A stretch of DNA of 64,000 bases from Octopus sinensis (taxonomy: Eukaryota): NCBI RefSeq assembly GCF_006345805.1, contig NC_043010.1:60016001-60080000 (forward strand), given 5' to 3'. Under the pieces are notes generated by a model. It saw only the letters and a program-made list of their open reading frames with translations. It was not told the DNA's origin and made no database searches. Of this stretch, positions 1-13,863 are shown one piece after another (positions within the stretch are counted from its first letter, which is position 1; each line of letters opens with the position of its first letter). A program made the position numbers and the translations under genes.

Positions 1-2329
1 TAAAAGAAGGAAATGTTGTAGAGGTAAATATAATGATAGAATGAAATTTCTAGGACCACTGAAAGATTTCTCAGATCCAATTTCTGATTACTAAAAACCG
101 AAAGTGATCAGAATATATCTCAGCTAGTCTACAGAGGGAAATTATCCTGATATTCATTTATCAATCCAATCTCTTCACAAAGAATTTAGATTGAAAATAC
201 CTGCAACTGTTTTATGCATCGGCTTCATTTCTGATGCAATATGCTATTTTAAATCCTGTAATCTCTGAGATTCCTTCTTGGCAAGTTTATTAATTGCATT
301 TCATTAAGTTACAAGGGAAATAGAAAAAGAAATCTTTTGACCATTGATCTCATCATCTGAGACTTTATTTGTTACACCACAAATGGTTATAGAATCACTT
401 TGGAAAATAATGATCCAGTGAGGGAGCTTTTATGCTCTTACTCAATCTGCTAGAAATAGCTGCCAAATCACATTCTAATTATATCCTACCTTACTGGGTG
501 GGGGGAATGTATGAATACACTGGATAAGGTAGTCTTAGATACTACATAATCTAATGTATTGGATATTGCATTCCTAATCTTTGGAAGTCAGAGAGTTAAA
601 TTTTACACTACTACTGATTTGTAAGTGAGTAATTCATCCATTTAAACGGTATTTAAAATTAGTTCCTAAAGACACTGATATTGAGCTGAATTTCACACTA
701 AACTTAGCAACTTAGTTCTCAGTTTGTGCTATATTTTCTTCACTTTCATCATAGTTATTTGTTGATGAGGAACCTTATCTTATAATTAGTAAAATGAGCA
801 TTCATGTAATGAAGTCAGCCAAGAAATTTCAATTATACATACATATACAAGAAGCCTTGTATATTTTCCATCTATCAAATTTACTCACAAGGTATTGGGT
901 TGCCTAGGGCTACATTGGAACACACCTGCTGAAGCTATAATGCAATAGGACCAAACTTCTTAACCACAATGTCGTACCAAATTCAGTGCATGTGGGAGAG
1001 TGAGCGAGAAAGAGAGGGAAGTTGGGAAATGATTTGTGAAATGTAATAAAAACAAAATGGAAATAAACCAAGCTTTGTGAAAAGTGTTAGAATCCAATTT
1101 TGTAAGATCTTCATGAAGAGGCCAAGTCTTTGTTTTGTTACTGTATTTGTTCAATGCTGAGTTGGCACAACTTCAAAAATTCACCAGTGTCCTTTGAAAT
1201 GAAACTCTTTGCATTGTTTTGTTTAAGTTATTTACATTATTCCGAATGAAAGAGAAACTGGTCTTATATAATCAACTCAATGCATTCAAAAGTATTTGGT
1301 ATTTTCAAAAATCAGAAATAACAGTGTAATCTATCCTTTCTGCAGAATATAATGTCTTTGTCACAATGAATGCAAAAAGAATTTTTCTGGTAGTAATTAG
1401 CATTGCGATAGTAATCACATTTATAACACACTGCATTTTATCAATCTGAAAAATATGTTTTGATTTTTTTAAGTATTTCTTAACTGTGTTTAACTAATTG
1501 CTTCAGACAAGGAGTAGCCATGTACAAAATATTCTCTGGATGGATAAAATGTGTGTTTTGATGTGAGAATCAGTGCAACACTAAATATAACTGTAACTTG
1601 ACTACAAGTTATATTAACAACCATATTTGTGGGATCCCATCAAAAGCAATAGGGGAAAAGATTAAGTTTGAAAATTATTGTAGCCAGTTCATACATGGAT
1701 CCAGTGTTTGATAGAGTCTGCTCAGTGAAAAGATAAAGGTAACAGAAGACATATTTTTCCAGCAAATAAATAGTTGTTTGCTGATATGAATGATTCACCA
1801 AAAATTGTACTTGCTACAAAATAAACAAGTACAATGCTGAAACAACTTTATGGATAACTAGGATAGAAGTAAGAGAATATTTTAATTTTAATAATTTTTT
1901 CACTAAATTCTGGTTGAATTTTGGAAATATGAATTCATCATCATCATCATTATAGTCTGGTAAATTAGAAAATGACATTGGAAACAGAATTGTTTTGACT
2001 TATATTTTTATTGTCAGGCCAAGATTTAATTATTGCTTGATGTTCTGTAAATTGTAAATGTATATTTGAAGCCCAGCAGAGGAGTTGAAACCAAACAATA
2101 GTAAAGGAAATGCAAGTAAATTATTTTGATACTTACTGAAACAAAGTCAGTTCATGGAATCCATGGCTCAATTCCATGAGAAGTGTTAGATATCTTCCTT
2201 ATGTTAATGGAGCAAGCTTCCACTGTTCCAAACAGAACTCCTTATCTGACCAATTTATATATTCAGTTCTTCTGAAGCAAGACTATTGATAAACATTGTA
2301 GCTAGAGTATATTTCTTAAAATCCTTATC

Positions 2330-3330
2330 ATCATTCTTCTCATCAATGCTTTTATATTTGATTATCCATGATTATCCATGCTTGTGTCAGCCATTCAGTA
2401 GATCAACACTTATTGCAATTCTTTGTCACGTTATCAGTGAGGTCCAGCATCTGCAGATCTAGCCTCACCTCTTCCTCACATATTTTTCTGTTGTGATGAC
2501 TTCCATCATCCATGTAAGGTGGTGAGCTGGCACAATTGTTAGCCTAACAAAATGCTTCATGGCATTCCCCACTCATTGTTTGCTACAAGTCACCTGTCCA
2601 GGACAGACTGTTTCTGCCTCTGATGCTAGCTGCTCTCCTAGCTTACTTATGCTTCACCTTTCATGCAAATTAATGTAACCCACCTGATTACTCTCCAGTC
2701 TCTATGGGCTTTTAATAACTGTCTCACTATTGTTTAGTCTCACACCTATTTCATGCAATGTAACTTTTGTACAAATGGTGTCACTCAACAAAGGAACTGC
2801 TCCTTATCCCTCTTCTTTCTCTTGCTACAATACTTTCAGTAGAACCATCCCTGCTACTGAGCATGTGATATATATATATGTACGTACGTATGTATAAAAG
2901 AAAGCAGCTCCTATATTTTGGAAACCATCTGAACATTAATCATTGATACATTTCACTGATGTTTACTACTAACTACTTTAGTATATTTATCTGGCATATA
3001 AATTAGAATTTTAGTACTTGCCACTACAACCTTCAGACCATTCTCTTTCATTTTGAAAATTTCTTGAAGTTCTTGATAGACTGAATCATCAGAGCCAGGT
3101 AATCAGCATATAAAAGTTCTTAGGTACAGCTGAACTCCAATATATGATCTCATGATCTATAGTTGGCATTGAGAACATAATTTTATCTGCAGTTTCATGT
3201 ATACATTAAATTCTTCGGTGAACCTGCTGCAGATTTTGACTTTGCGTATATCACTCTTGAACATGACTTCAGTTGATATCGTGTACCTAGTGTTCTAAGT
3301 ATTTACCAAATTATGGAGAGTTGAATGCCT
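2330..3330 (-). mobile_element. Degraded RTE-clade LINE fragment (RT core and C-terminal region)
   Basis: The minus-strand reading of ~3050-3130 gives ELLYADYLALMIQS, matching the RTE RT motif ELLYADDLAL. The 2590-2860 reading resembles the RTE C-terminus. Many stops and frameshifts. Confidence 0.6.
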
Positions 3331-3883
3331 TTTTTAGGTTATTGAATATGAAACAAAGTTGTTTGCTTTTCAATAAGAACTTAGATTAAAATATAACATA
3401 GTTATTTTTTAAGCCAGATCTAATACCAACATCATATTTTGCTATTAAACTAGTATTCTTCAAAGTGCTTTTGAAATTGAATAAATTTTTAATAATATAT
3501 AACTTGAATAATGCATTCATGAAACTAGAAAAACGTTTAATTCAATAAACATTTTTGTCTCATCGATAAATTTAATACCGAATTTTGAAATTTTTTTATC
3601 CTTCAAAGTAGTTTGCAAGTTTTAGAAAATATATTTTTTATCTAGTCTGATTGTTTCTTTGTTGCATACATGTTTCACCCTTCTATAGTTTGTCTGGCCT
3701 GTTTAGAATAATTCAGTAACTTACCAATTTTTCACAATTACATTCTAGTGACTCACACAAATATTATTCTTATCTCCCAAGATGCACTGCCACATCTTCA
3801 AGACCAAATTTCTAAAGAAGGGATAGTTTCATAATTGATGAGAAACTTGACAATCCTATCAATTGATTGATTTTCTGTTCAGT

Positions 3884-4028
3884 CTAATTACACACATGTG
3901 CACAAACATATGCATAAACACCTACACACACACACACACAGCACACCATACCACATATACACAATAACACAACACACACGTGTATGTATATATATATACA
4001 TACACACACATACACACACAGACACAGA

Positions 4029-4060
<32 letters not shown>

Positions 4061-4066
4061 TAGCAC
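3884..4066. repeat. Compound (CA)n/(TA)n microsatellite
   Basis: Directly visible; the source of the HTHT/CVCV ORFs. Confidence 0.95.
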
Positions 4067-5571
4067 ACTTTATTACACACAAACACATTTTCTGAGCAAA
4101 ACGATGATGAAATGTATAATTTGTAATTTAAAATTTTATTTTGACAAAATTCACCCCGTTTTTTTTTCTCCCCCCAACAGCAATCTTCCTCCAATATTCA
4201 TCCCTTGAAGATAAAGGATAAATTAGCTTAGAACAATGTATAAATTAAATTAAACATTTTTCATCATCAATTTGCCATGAAGTTCTCTATCTCTTTTATT
4301 TCTGAGTAATTAATGACAAACAGCTGCGTGCAAGCATATGAATATGGCTGTATATGCGCACAGCTGAGTGTGTGTGTGTGTGTGTGTGATTATGTGAATA
4401 TAAAGGTGTGTATGTTTGAATGTTAGCTACAATTCTTCATTTGTGCAAATTAAGTTGAAGATACTGTGATACATATTGTTATTGTTGTTGTTATTATCAC
4501 TTTATTGTCATTATTATTACCATAGATACTACTACTACTACTACTACTAGAAACAATTACTGCTGTTGTTGTTGTTGTTATTGGCACTATTGTCATTTTT
4601 TCTAATTATAAAATTGGGTTTTCATGAAGTAAATTCCCTCAATATTTTCAGATAAGAAAATATAAAATAAAATTATCAAAACAAAAAAAAAAGGGTCCTT
4701 TAATCAATGAGAAAATTTTCATTCCAAAAATGATTAAAAGTGAAATGCTTTCTAAAAATTAATGGGAGCAGATGATTTATTTCCTGTACACAATATGATC
4801 ACTTACATTAGGCTTGAGTAGTAACTACTGTTGAAGGGCTGAATTAGTAGATTCCCTTAATGCCATCTCCTACACAAAAGAAGTGACCCATGATTTTAGG
4901 CCTCGGTCTGTCACTCCTGTATTGATCTCTTGTTGTTAACAATATTTCAAAGTCATTATATTATAGAAATAGCAGCCATGGTATTAGTGCAGGCTTGGAG
5001 GGATAGCCGTTAATTAAAACTGACAAATGAAGCATTTTCTGTCTCAAAGGCCTGGAGCAAGCTGATTTGCAGTCAACTCAGTCTAGGTTGTTAGGACATT
5101 ATTTATGATGTTCAAACTCTTGTGCAGTTGAGTTAACATTGGAAAAATAGGAGTTAGGATGGTGAAAATGATAATTTGCAGCTTCTTGAATCCCATGTCA
5201 GGAAGGAAATAATAATGACAATGATGATGTTGGGTAGTAACAACAATGATGGCATAGCATTTGATAAATGTGTAACTTTCATTTTTTGATTCTACAGTAG
5301 ATAGAAGTGGGCAAAGCACTTAATGGACATGCTTCAAAGCACCCAGCTGCTGGAAATGGAATCCCCGGCTAGTGAACAAAATTAGTGACAATAAATTTTA
5401 TAAGCCAACCATTGGGGCAGTAATTCCTCATCATGTGATTAACACTACAGAAACCAGGTTTCAGCACTATCCAATGGACTCCTGTTGTTTCTGAATGTGT
5501 GTGCATGTGCATGCTTGCATACATACATACACACACACACACTCGTACACATACCCATACACACATGAGGT

Positions 5572-6660
5572 CGTCATCATCATCATCAGCAGCAGCAGCA
5601 TTTTTGTCTACTTTCCATGGTGACATGACCTGGACAGGTCATCACGGTCTGAGTTGTTACTAACAGTCATTATAGACTCTCACAGACTGTTGCTTGTACA
5701 TGCAGTTTTGGCGTGGTTTGTATAGCCAGCTGCATTTTCCCATGGCACCAGTATTACAGAAGTTGTAAAGCAAAACTAAAAGGTCCTCTTAATTCTACAC
5801 TTTCCCCATTCATATACCAACCACTTTACAGAGTGTATTTTGTGTGCATTTTCTAGTGACACCAAAACTTGGGAAGTTGTCAAATCCTTAATGAAACACA
5901 AGTAAAGAGATCTGCCAACCTTACTTTTCCTCTGCTTGCTCACCAACCACTTTAGGGAGAATGTTAGGAGGAAGTTTTTGCTGTAGCACCAATACAGCAG
6001 GAGACGTCTTGTACGCTGTAGGTGTAGAGAGAAAGACTTGTTCTTTCATTCAGGTAATATAATCAAGGACAGGAAGAGGAGCGAGGGAGAGAGAGAGGGA
6101 GAGCAATGACAGAAAAAAAGGGCCAGAATGGGAGAAAGGGTGGGTAAAATGTGCAAGAATATGATGGTAGAGACACAATGATTTTGGTGGAAATAGGTGT
6201 GGGGGGGGAGTGATGGGCAACACAGAGGTGAACAAAGACAAGAGCAGGTGGTGGGTAACAGAAGAAGTGGCTGAGGGGTGAGAGACGGATGACTATCAAT
6301 GGAGAAAGGGAGCAGTTGGAGTGTACTGGGTACAAACAGTTCAATCCAGATCTTACACAGAGGCTGAATGATGAGAGAGAGAGAGAGAGAGAGAGGGAGG
6401 GAGAGAGAGAGATGAAGGTAGTGATGGTGGTGGGTCGGGGAGACTGTATGTGGGTAAGCTTCATACCATTTTGCATCATTATGTGAGCTGCATGGGGGTG
6501 GTGGTGGTGGTGGAATGAATGATGAATGGATACGAGATGAGGGAAATGATGGAGAGATGGGTGAAAGAAGAAGAGGAGAGGTATTCAAATAAATACTGAG
6601 ATTCACCTCTAAAACATAGTTTGGGAAATTTATTATTGGATTCTTGAGACTCTGCATCTT
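5572..6660 (-). mobile_element. Old LINE 3' end with (CAT)n tail and adjoining purine-rich (GA) low-complexity tract
   Basis: catcatcat...tttttgtctactttccatgg at 5575-5625 resembles the (ATG)n-tailed termini at 12260-12296 and 53165-53230. It is followed by a GA-rich tract at 6040-6600 with the same layout as 47040-48030. Confidence 0.45.
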
Positions 6661-7246
6661 CACTATTTTTTCTTGTCTTTGATATTTTAATAAAACAATG
6701 AAAACAGCTCTGTTCCAGAAGTGTTCATCATCATCATTGTTCGACCATGGTCGAGACTTTCATAGTCTTTTCAAATGGCTAATAATGTGTGCGCGCGCCA
6801 CTACTACACACATTGGAAAGCATTGTACAACCAAGTACTGAAGAAGATCTTTCCTCCTCCATGAAACAAAGCTGTTCCCGCTGGACCTCAACCCAGTATT
6901 TCTAAGCTACGGACCGAGTGATTTATTGTAAGGTTATCTCCCTAGACAGATTGCCTTCACTACGGCTAAGGAGCCCTTTCTACCCCTTTCTTATCAGAAG
7001 TGTTACTGAAGTAGGAGAAGTTCAATTTGAATTGTCATTCCCAGAAACACAGGGGGGGGGGGGTAATTTTCAGAAAGATACCTTATCCATTTAAGTAATT
7101 CTGTATATGTCTACTATGTAGTAAGTGTGTACATATACATGTCTATAAATTTAAGTTCTTCAAAATCAGGAAGTTATTTGATTTAAAACAGACAGAATTA
7201 TATTCAGGTTGATTAATTTCATCTTTTCTATTCTCCAAAACACTGA

Positions 7247-7645
7247 CTCTCTTTCTCTTTACTCTTTTACTTGCTTCAGTCATTTGACTGCGGCCATGCT
7301 GGAGCACCGCCTTTAGTCGAGCAAATCAACCCCGGGACTTATTCTTTGTAAGCCCAGTACTTATTCTATCGGTCTCTTTTGCCGAACCGCTAAGTGACAG
7401 GGACGTAAACACACCAGCATCGGTTGTCAAGCAATGCTAGGGGGACAAACACACACATACACATATATATACATATATACGACAGGCTTCTTTCAGTTTC
7501 CGTCTACCAAATCCACTCACAAGGCATTGGTTGGCCCGGGGCTATAGCAGAAGACACTTGCCCAAGATGCCACGCAGTGGGACTGAACCCGGAACCATGT
7601 GGTTGGTTAGCAAGCTACTTACCACACAGCCACTCCTGCGTCTAT
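7247..7645 (-). mobile_element. tRNA-derived SINE, family A (full length)
   Basis: The reverse complement starts with a tRNA-like head GGAGTGGCTGTGTGGTAAG...GGTTCAGTCCCA (A and B boxes), then has a central (TA/CA) microsatellite and an AAGAGTAAAGAG tail. Near-identical to 17411-17833. Confidence 0.9.
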
Positions 7646-8480
7646 TCATATAAACAGTTTAAAGCCCTACCCATAGGATCTAGCCTGTCAGGACTACTAG
7701 TCAGTGCTTGCATGGACCATCTCGAATGTAGAGTATTCAATACCTGCACCTTCTTCACAAGCTATGTGGCTGTCATCCCTATTCTCATGTCTTATGGTGA
7801 AGAAGCTACCAAAATATTCGAAACATTTGAGAGAAAGGACAAACACAGTATTTACTATTTACTAATAACAGCACTGAATCGTTTTACTGGAAAGCAACAA
7901 ACAGGGACCTGTGTTTTTGTGTGTGTCTGTATGTGCCTATGTATTTGCAAGTGCTCATATATTTGTAATTAAAACACAGCATAGTTAGGACTCCATCAAT
8001 GAATGTTAAGGGCAACCCTTGAAAGCTCTCAGCCTGAACCAGGTAAGTCTTGCATTTCATATGGTGAATTTTAAGTTGGTACTTCAAGAGGTGAAACCCT
8101 GATGGCCTCTTTGTCATAGGCAAAATCAAGAGTATTGTTTTTCCTGAAATTTGTAATGAAAAACATTTTGATGTAGTTCTTAGTTTTGTAAAAATATACA
8201 GAAGCCGTATATTACAAGTCAAACAGTTAATAACATGAGGTGCATTCTAAAAGTATCTGACTTTATTTTCCCAATCAAAACCAATACTGTGTGGGGAAAA
8301 TCCTTTGGGTGGAAGGTGACACCACATTCCTGAGCATGCACAAAGATTTTCACACTGATAGGCCGCATCAGTTTCTGGCTGTTAGGCCTAGAGTACAGAG
8401 CTGGAGTGTGCACTCTGATTTTAGACTTTATCATTTCTTTGACCATGGAACTACCAAACCCATACGCTTTTCATTCTGAT
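7646..8480 (+). mobile_element. Penelope-like element (PLE) reverse-transcriptase relic, interrupted upstream by a SINE
   Basis: 7646-7860 translates SYKQFKALPIGSSLSGLLVSACMDHLE...FFTSYVAVI, matching the PLE RT pattern YxQxxGxPMGSxLSxxLAxxxMxxLE...RYVDD with the YVDD box decayed. 8330-8380 gives HKDFHTDR, weakly like the PLE RKPTHTDR motif. Confidence 0.6.
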
Positions 8481-8894
8481 CCTTCCTTCATTTCTCAATG
8501 AACTGGAAGCTACTAATATCCTTGATTGGGGATATTCTTCATTTCTGTATTTTCTGCTATTTCTCTCTCCGATGACAGAATACATAGCTTTTGGAACCCT
8601 TACTCAATACCATGACCCACATGCTTGGCTATTCTAGAAATAACTTCAAGAGACTCTATCTTCTTTATTAGAACTACTCTGCACTATGTTTATATTCTCT
8701 ATTTAAAAATGTGAATTTTGGAAGAGGGGCCTTGCAAGTCTACCAGATAGAGGTAAGAGCATTGTAGAAAATGGAGGAGAGTATATTTTAGATTGAAAAT
8801 GAATTTTGCTTATCTTAATTTTGAAAAATAAAAGAAGCATAAATAAACTGCATTACTTATGGGATGACCCAATATATGTATGTATGTGTGTGTG

Positions 8895-8926
<32 letters not shown>

Positions 8927-8967
8927 GACACACGTGTGTGTGTGTGCGTGTATATATATATATATAC

Positions 8968-9095
8968 ATACTGGCCTGCTCGCTTACCCAGCGGGGTGGC
9001 ATCATTCAAAGGCTAAAAAAACAATGCGAACGCATTGTGACCAGCGATGTGTAACTTCATCTGATGGACTGGTCGGTCACGTGGTCACGTGATAT
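8968..9095 (+). mobile_element. SINE family D, 3' fragment
   Basis: gaaggctaaaa...cattgtgaccagcgatgtgtaac...atctgat...ctggtcggtcac is shared with 60830-60905 and, reversed, with 48243-48340. Confidence 0.7.
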
Positions 9096-11754
9096 ATACA
9101 TACAAGCTGTACCAGGCTCCTTTGTTTACTTCAGCATGGTTTTTATTGTTGGAGATATATACACAAACACTTGTATATATATACTATTCTGTTTATTTCC
9201 AATGTTGCTCTGTAAATGCAAGTATAAGATAAAAGAAGGAATTTAGAAGAATAATGCAAAAGTAACAATTTCAAGCTGGAGTCATCGATTAAAGTCGTTC
9301 ACTGGATTCTTGTACTCTGCACTTTGTCTCCTTCCTTTCATATCATTTAACCTGTTTTTCAGGTAAAACCTTTGCAAGCACTTCATTGTAATTTACAAAT
9401 ATCCTTGTCTTAGAATGTAACCAAAATGTAGATCTCGTAGCTGCTCATTGCATGTCTGTGGTTATATGCCTAAATAAGACATTAGTATTTGTAATGCAAA
9501 TAATGATTATATTTCTTTTCTAGTTTCTCTAAATGCCCCAAAAGAATTTTATGCAGTTATGGGAAACTGCTATATTCTTCCATCTTACTCATGAAAAGCT
9601 AAAGATAACTCAAAGATATATCCAATACATTATTGGTGATATCTTTTTATTCATCTAGATATTAGTTCAATGGTTTTGAGGGAAAAACAAAATATGATTT
9701 ACATAATGTGTTTCCATATCATTTCTTTTTGAACCTGACATAGTATAAAACATGGAATATTCTAGCTGCTAGTCTCCTATCTCTATGTATTTCATCATGT
9801 ATCATTATTTTCTTATAAACTTTAATGTATCTATCTATACACTGAAATGGCATCAGTGCTTGTGATGGAGGTTTGTGGTGGTGGTGGTGTGGATGCTTAA
9901 AATACATTAGTAATGGCCAAATGCTAGTCATTTTTTCTCCCCTAATCTCTACAGATCTTTACTGAATAAAAATGCATCCAAGAGAAAAGAAAGAAGAGAA
10001 AAAAACAACCATTTGTAAAAACAAGTAAGATGTATGCTGCTTATCTCTGGTTATGCATTTCTTGGAAGCTGGGAAAATGAATGAATATAGCTGTAACGTT
10101 CTGTGTGTTTTATTAGCTGAACTACATCATGATATAGTGGCTGCCATTACTTTAGGTATATTGGGGTGGAAATGGGATAAAAGTGTGACATCCAATCAGA
10201 TGTTCTCTATGTTGTGGATGGCTTTAGATTGCCTGCTGACCCAAATGACATGTTTACGCTTCAGTCATTTTTATCCATCTTCCTTGATTGTGACACTTCT
10301 GATATCTGACATGCATCTCAAACTCCAAGGAATTTGGTCAACCATTACAGATATGGAAAAAATATCTTTTCCTTGTTATCGATCATGCAGAGAATATTGT
10401 GAAGAATTCCATTTGCTTTTATCAATTATTATAGCAGAAGATTTAGTAGAAGAGCAATTAACCAAAACTGAATTGAAGCCGATACTAACCTAAATAAAAA
10501 TATTTATGAAATACCTTTCTTTGCAGAAGATAAACATTTTACTGTCTGATAGCATCAGATGGCATTTTTTTTTCTTCTCTTTCAAACATATTCTACATGC
10601 AGCTAAAACTGTCATATGATACTGAAACATTAAAGGCAAGATGTCTTAAGAGAAGAAAAGATACATAAATTTCATAACTGCATATCTCAATTTTGAACAC
10701 ATGCACACAAACACACACACACATGCATTGGCGTATGTGCATGTGAGTGCTCACATGCAAACAGTTTACAATAAGTGTTTTTTTTTTATTTGTCAATAAA
10801 TTGAATGTTTAATGAAATAATTTAAACATTTGCATATGAATTGAAGCAGTTATTTCTATAACTTAGTACTGTTTTACTGATACTTCCAAATTATATAATT
10901 TTTTTCTAATCTGTTGAACAAAGCTACTTATGTATTTTAACATAATTGAGCTGTGGTGTCGCACACACACACTTCCTAGTGATTTAATGAAGTGGAGCCA
11001 CACAATGATGCCACACAGACGCACCTCCTTACCAACAGTACAGAAGAACATCAGATTTCATCAAACATCATACTCAATGAGAGAAATGTACCACACTCAC
11101 ACAGATACACAAATGAGAAATATACTAAAAACTACTAATACCTTTACAACATAGTAGAAAGCAAAACACTACACAAACCTACCCAAAAAAGAGGTAACAT
11201 ACTAGGTCAACAAAAAGAGGCAACACTAAATGAACCTCTATGTAGTCACTCGAAATAAAAACACCTAAATCTTCTTTCATTCACATCAAATGACCTTTAA
11301 AAAACAAGGACATGTGGATAATGAAGCCCTGGATATATTATACTTGAAATATAGTGTGTATCTTAAGTAGGGATCTCCTGTGGGCCCATGGCAAGCTGGC
11401 CAAACAAGGTTGGAGATAACTTGAAATTCTTGGAGAAATTTTTAATGGAATCGTCATGCTACACATGAAGACTGGATTTCCAGGAGAATGTGTAGAAGCC
11501 CAACTATTAGTAGTCATGTTTCAACGAATAAATATCTAACAATGTTATAGTGAGATGAATTCCTCAGTATATAGTGGGGCATGTAGAATATTCCGATCAT
11601 CAACTACATTTCTAGTATACCTCCATCATTTTGGCTTGCCTTATCCCTGGTCCAGGAAGTCAAGGAGAGAAAGGGTGGCCAGTTGCCTGGGACATCACTC
11701 CTTTGCTATAAATCCAAGTCCAGATCATGTCAAAACTCTTGGAACCACAAACTT

Positions 11755-12296
11755 TGGAAATATGCAGTGCGTGAGAAGACCCGGCAAGCCAAGTGAGACC
11801 ATAACCCGTGGCCTATGCCAAGGGTGTAATCAGCCCACTTACGTGTACCTTTCCTTCATTGGACACTAAACTCTGCTTGCGAAGACCTGTTGAGGCAAGT
11901 GAAATTGAAATCAAATCAAATTCAATGACTGGCACCCGTGCGAGTGGAGCACTAAGAGCACCATCCGATCATGATCATTGCCAGAGCAGCTGACTGGCTT
12001 CTGTGCTAGTGGCACGTAAAAATGCCGGTGACATGTGAAAAATCCTTCGAGCAAGGTCGTTGCCAGTGCCACTGGACTGGCTCCTGTGCAGGTGGATCAT
12101 AAAACACACCTTTTGAGCGTGGTTGTTGCCAGTACCTCTTGACTGGCCCTCGTGCTGGTGGCATGTAAAGGCACCCACTACACTCTCGGAGTGGTTGGTG
12201 TTAGGAGCCTGGTGCAGCCATCTGGTTCGCCAGTCCTCTGTCAAATCATCCAACCCATGCTAGCATGGAAAGCGAACATTAAACGATGATGATGTA
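11755..12296 (+). mobile_element. RTE-type LINE 3' end: ORF terminus, 3' UTR with ~60-bp subrepeats and (GAT)n tail
   Basis: Ends ccaacccatgctagcatggaaagcgaacattaaacgatgatgatg. Carries tandem ttgccag...actggc...tggcacgtaaaa units at 11930-12180. A homologous reversed copy lies at 53165-53485. The RTE assignment is from recall. Confidence 0.7.
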
Positions 12297-13149
12297 AAAC
12301 TGGTATGTCCAGTAGTCTTGATAGCTACTTAGGCAATGTGTTCTTGGATGGTTAATGTGTTGGATGTGTTACTGGAAAGGAGCAAGAATGCCTGATCTAT
12401 GCATATACACCCATCACTTATTCTTCTATCTTTGATCACATTCTTTACAAAGATGTATTCATATACAAGATGTGATAACTTTCAGTCCTGGTTATAAACT
12501 GAAAGCCAGAAAATCTGTAGAAATAAGTCAAACAAAATTATATATCCTAAACACAAAAAGCAAAAGCAACATAAATAAGTTCAAGAATTAGTTCCAAAAC
12601 CTGAGCAGAGATAAGATCAGAACAACAATTACACAGCAGCCAAGGCCATTTTACTGATTCCCCCACCCCAACTAGGTCCATCACTAATATTCACAAACAT
12701 ATAAAATATCTCGGAACAGACTAGGTAATTGAATCAAAACAGCATGTTCAGAAAGTCCTCCTGACTTCATATATTTAAAAAATGCCTCAATGCAATTCCT
12801 GGCACCAAATTCTTCTCAAAAAGTTCATCAGATTAAAACAAGGCCTCCACCACCATGTTTCTTCACAATCCTTTGGCAACTTCTTATTGATTGGACTGAT
12901 TGAAGAAAAGGGCAATTTCCTGTAACCTTTTTAAGATCCTTTATATTAATAATAGCAATAGTGATATCTAAGTGAGATTAATATGATTAATGTTCAAAAC
13001 GATTTAGTGAAGATTAGCATTTGGGAAAAAAATTCTGATGGATTTGAGAAAAGTGTTAGGGAAAGTGTTTAAGGTGAGATATAGTGGACATTACAGAAAA
13101 GAGGGAAGTAATGCATTCAAAATGTTAATATGGAAGAACTATTATTATT

Positions 13150-13686
13150 GAGTGAGAAAGCAGTGACACTGGGGTAAAATATACAAAGCTCAGTATACCC
13201 ATGATGACTACCCATCTGATAAGGGTACACCAGGCACATGCATCACAACCATAGGTGCGCAACATAATGATCTCATATCAAGATAAACAGCACATGACCT
13301 TGCAGGTGGGGCCCAGTAAGAATTTTATTCAGGTCAAGTAGCTCATCCCACTGAAAAGGTCCCTGAATAAGGGTTGTTTAAGGATGTTGAACAAAACACC
13401 CATGTTTCCAGAGGCAAATTATCCAAACCCCAAAGAATTCCTCCCAACACATGGCTATGATGCTCCCCCACTACTTCTGCTCGTGATCAGAGATGCACAG
13501 ATCATCAGCCACTAAGAGACATGGTCAACTGGTTAAGGTCAAGCAACTGACAAGCAAATCTGTGGTATTGAGCAGAATATTTGCTGTAGCCCATCTTTTG
13601 TATATACCAAGGCAAAACAATGTACATGATAACACTTCCAATTGGTTAAGATGAAAAGCCACTGCCTGGTACTGCACCAGGCCATT
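13150..13686 (-). mobile_element. ~540-bp interspersed element embedded in (TAA)n, copy 1
   Basis: Colinear and strongly similar to 31922-32486; both copies are flanked on both sides by ATT/TAT repeats. No tRNA head and no ORF. The strand is inferred from the TAA orientation. Confidence 0.8.
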
Positions 13687-13687
13687 G

Positions 13688-13736
13688 ATTGTTATTATTA
13701 TTATTATCATCATCATCATCATCATCATTATAATCA

Positions 13737-13782
<46 letters not shown>

Positions 13783-13811
13783 CATCATCATCATCATCAT
13801 CATTATAATCA

Positions 13812-13863
<52 letters not shown>

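Noticed and set aside
1520-1850. Possible MULE/SWIM-like transposase remnant (CNL...HICGIP)
   Set aside because: Only a partial motif with several stops; not distinguishable from chance by eye.
4807-4869. Minus-strand 63-bp segment with a strong acceptor and GTAAGT donor
   Set aside because: Stops in all three frames.
6046-6663. 205-aa minus-strand ORF, the longest in the track
   Set aside because: A by-product of a GA-rich low-complexity tract; the same applies to 47515-47943 and 22517-22810.
9955-10024. Exon-like segment with a good acceptor and GTAAGA donor
   Set aside because: All three frames contain stops; at most a UTR or non-coding exon, with no other support.
10053-10493. 146-aa non-repetitive ORF
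   Set aside because: No recognisable domain and no convincing splice donor. Overlapping frames give weak Ty3/Gypsy RT-RNase H-like fragments (TLQSFLS, SHFYP, HASQT), so a decayed LTR element is as likely as a gene; too weak to call.
11645-11690. Collagen-like peptide PGPGSQGEKGWP
   Set aside because: The Gly-X-Y register is broken and there are no splice sites.
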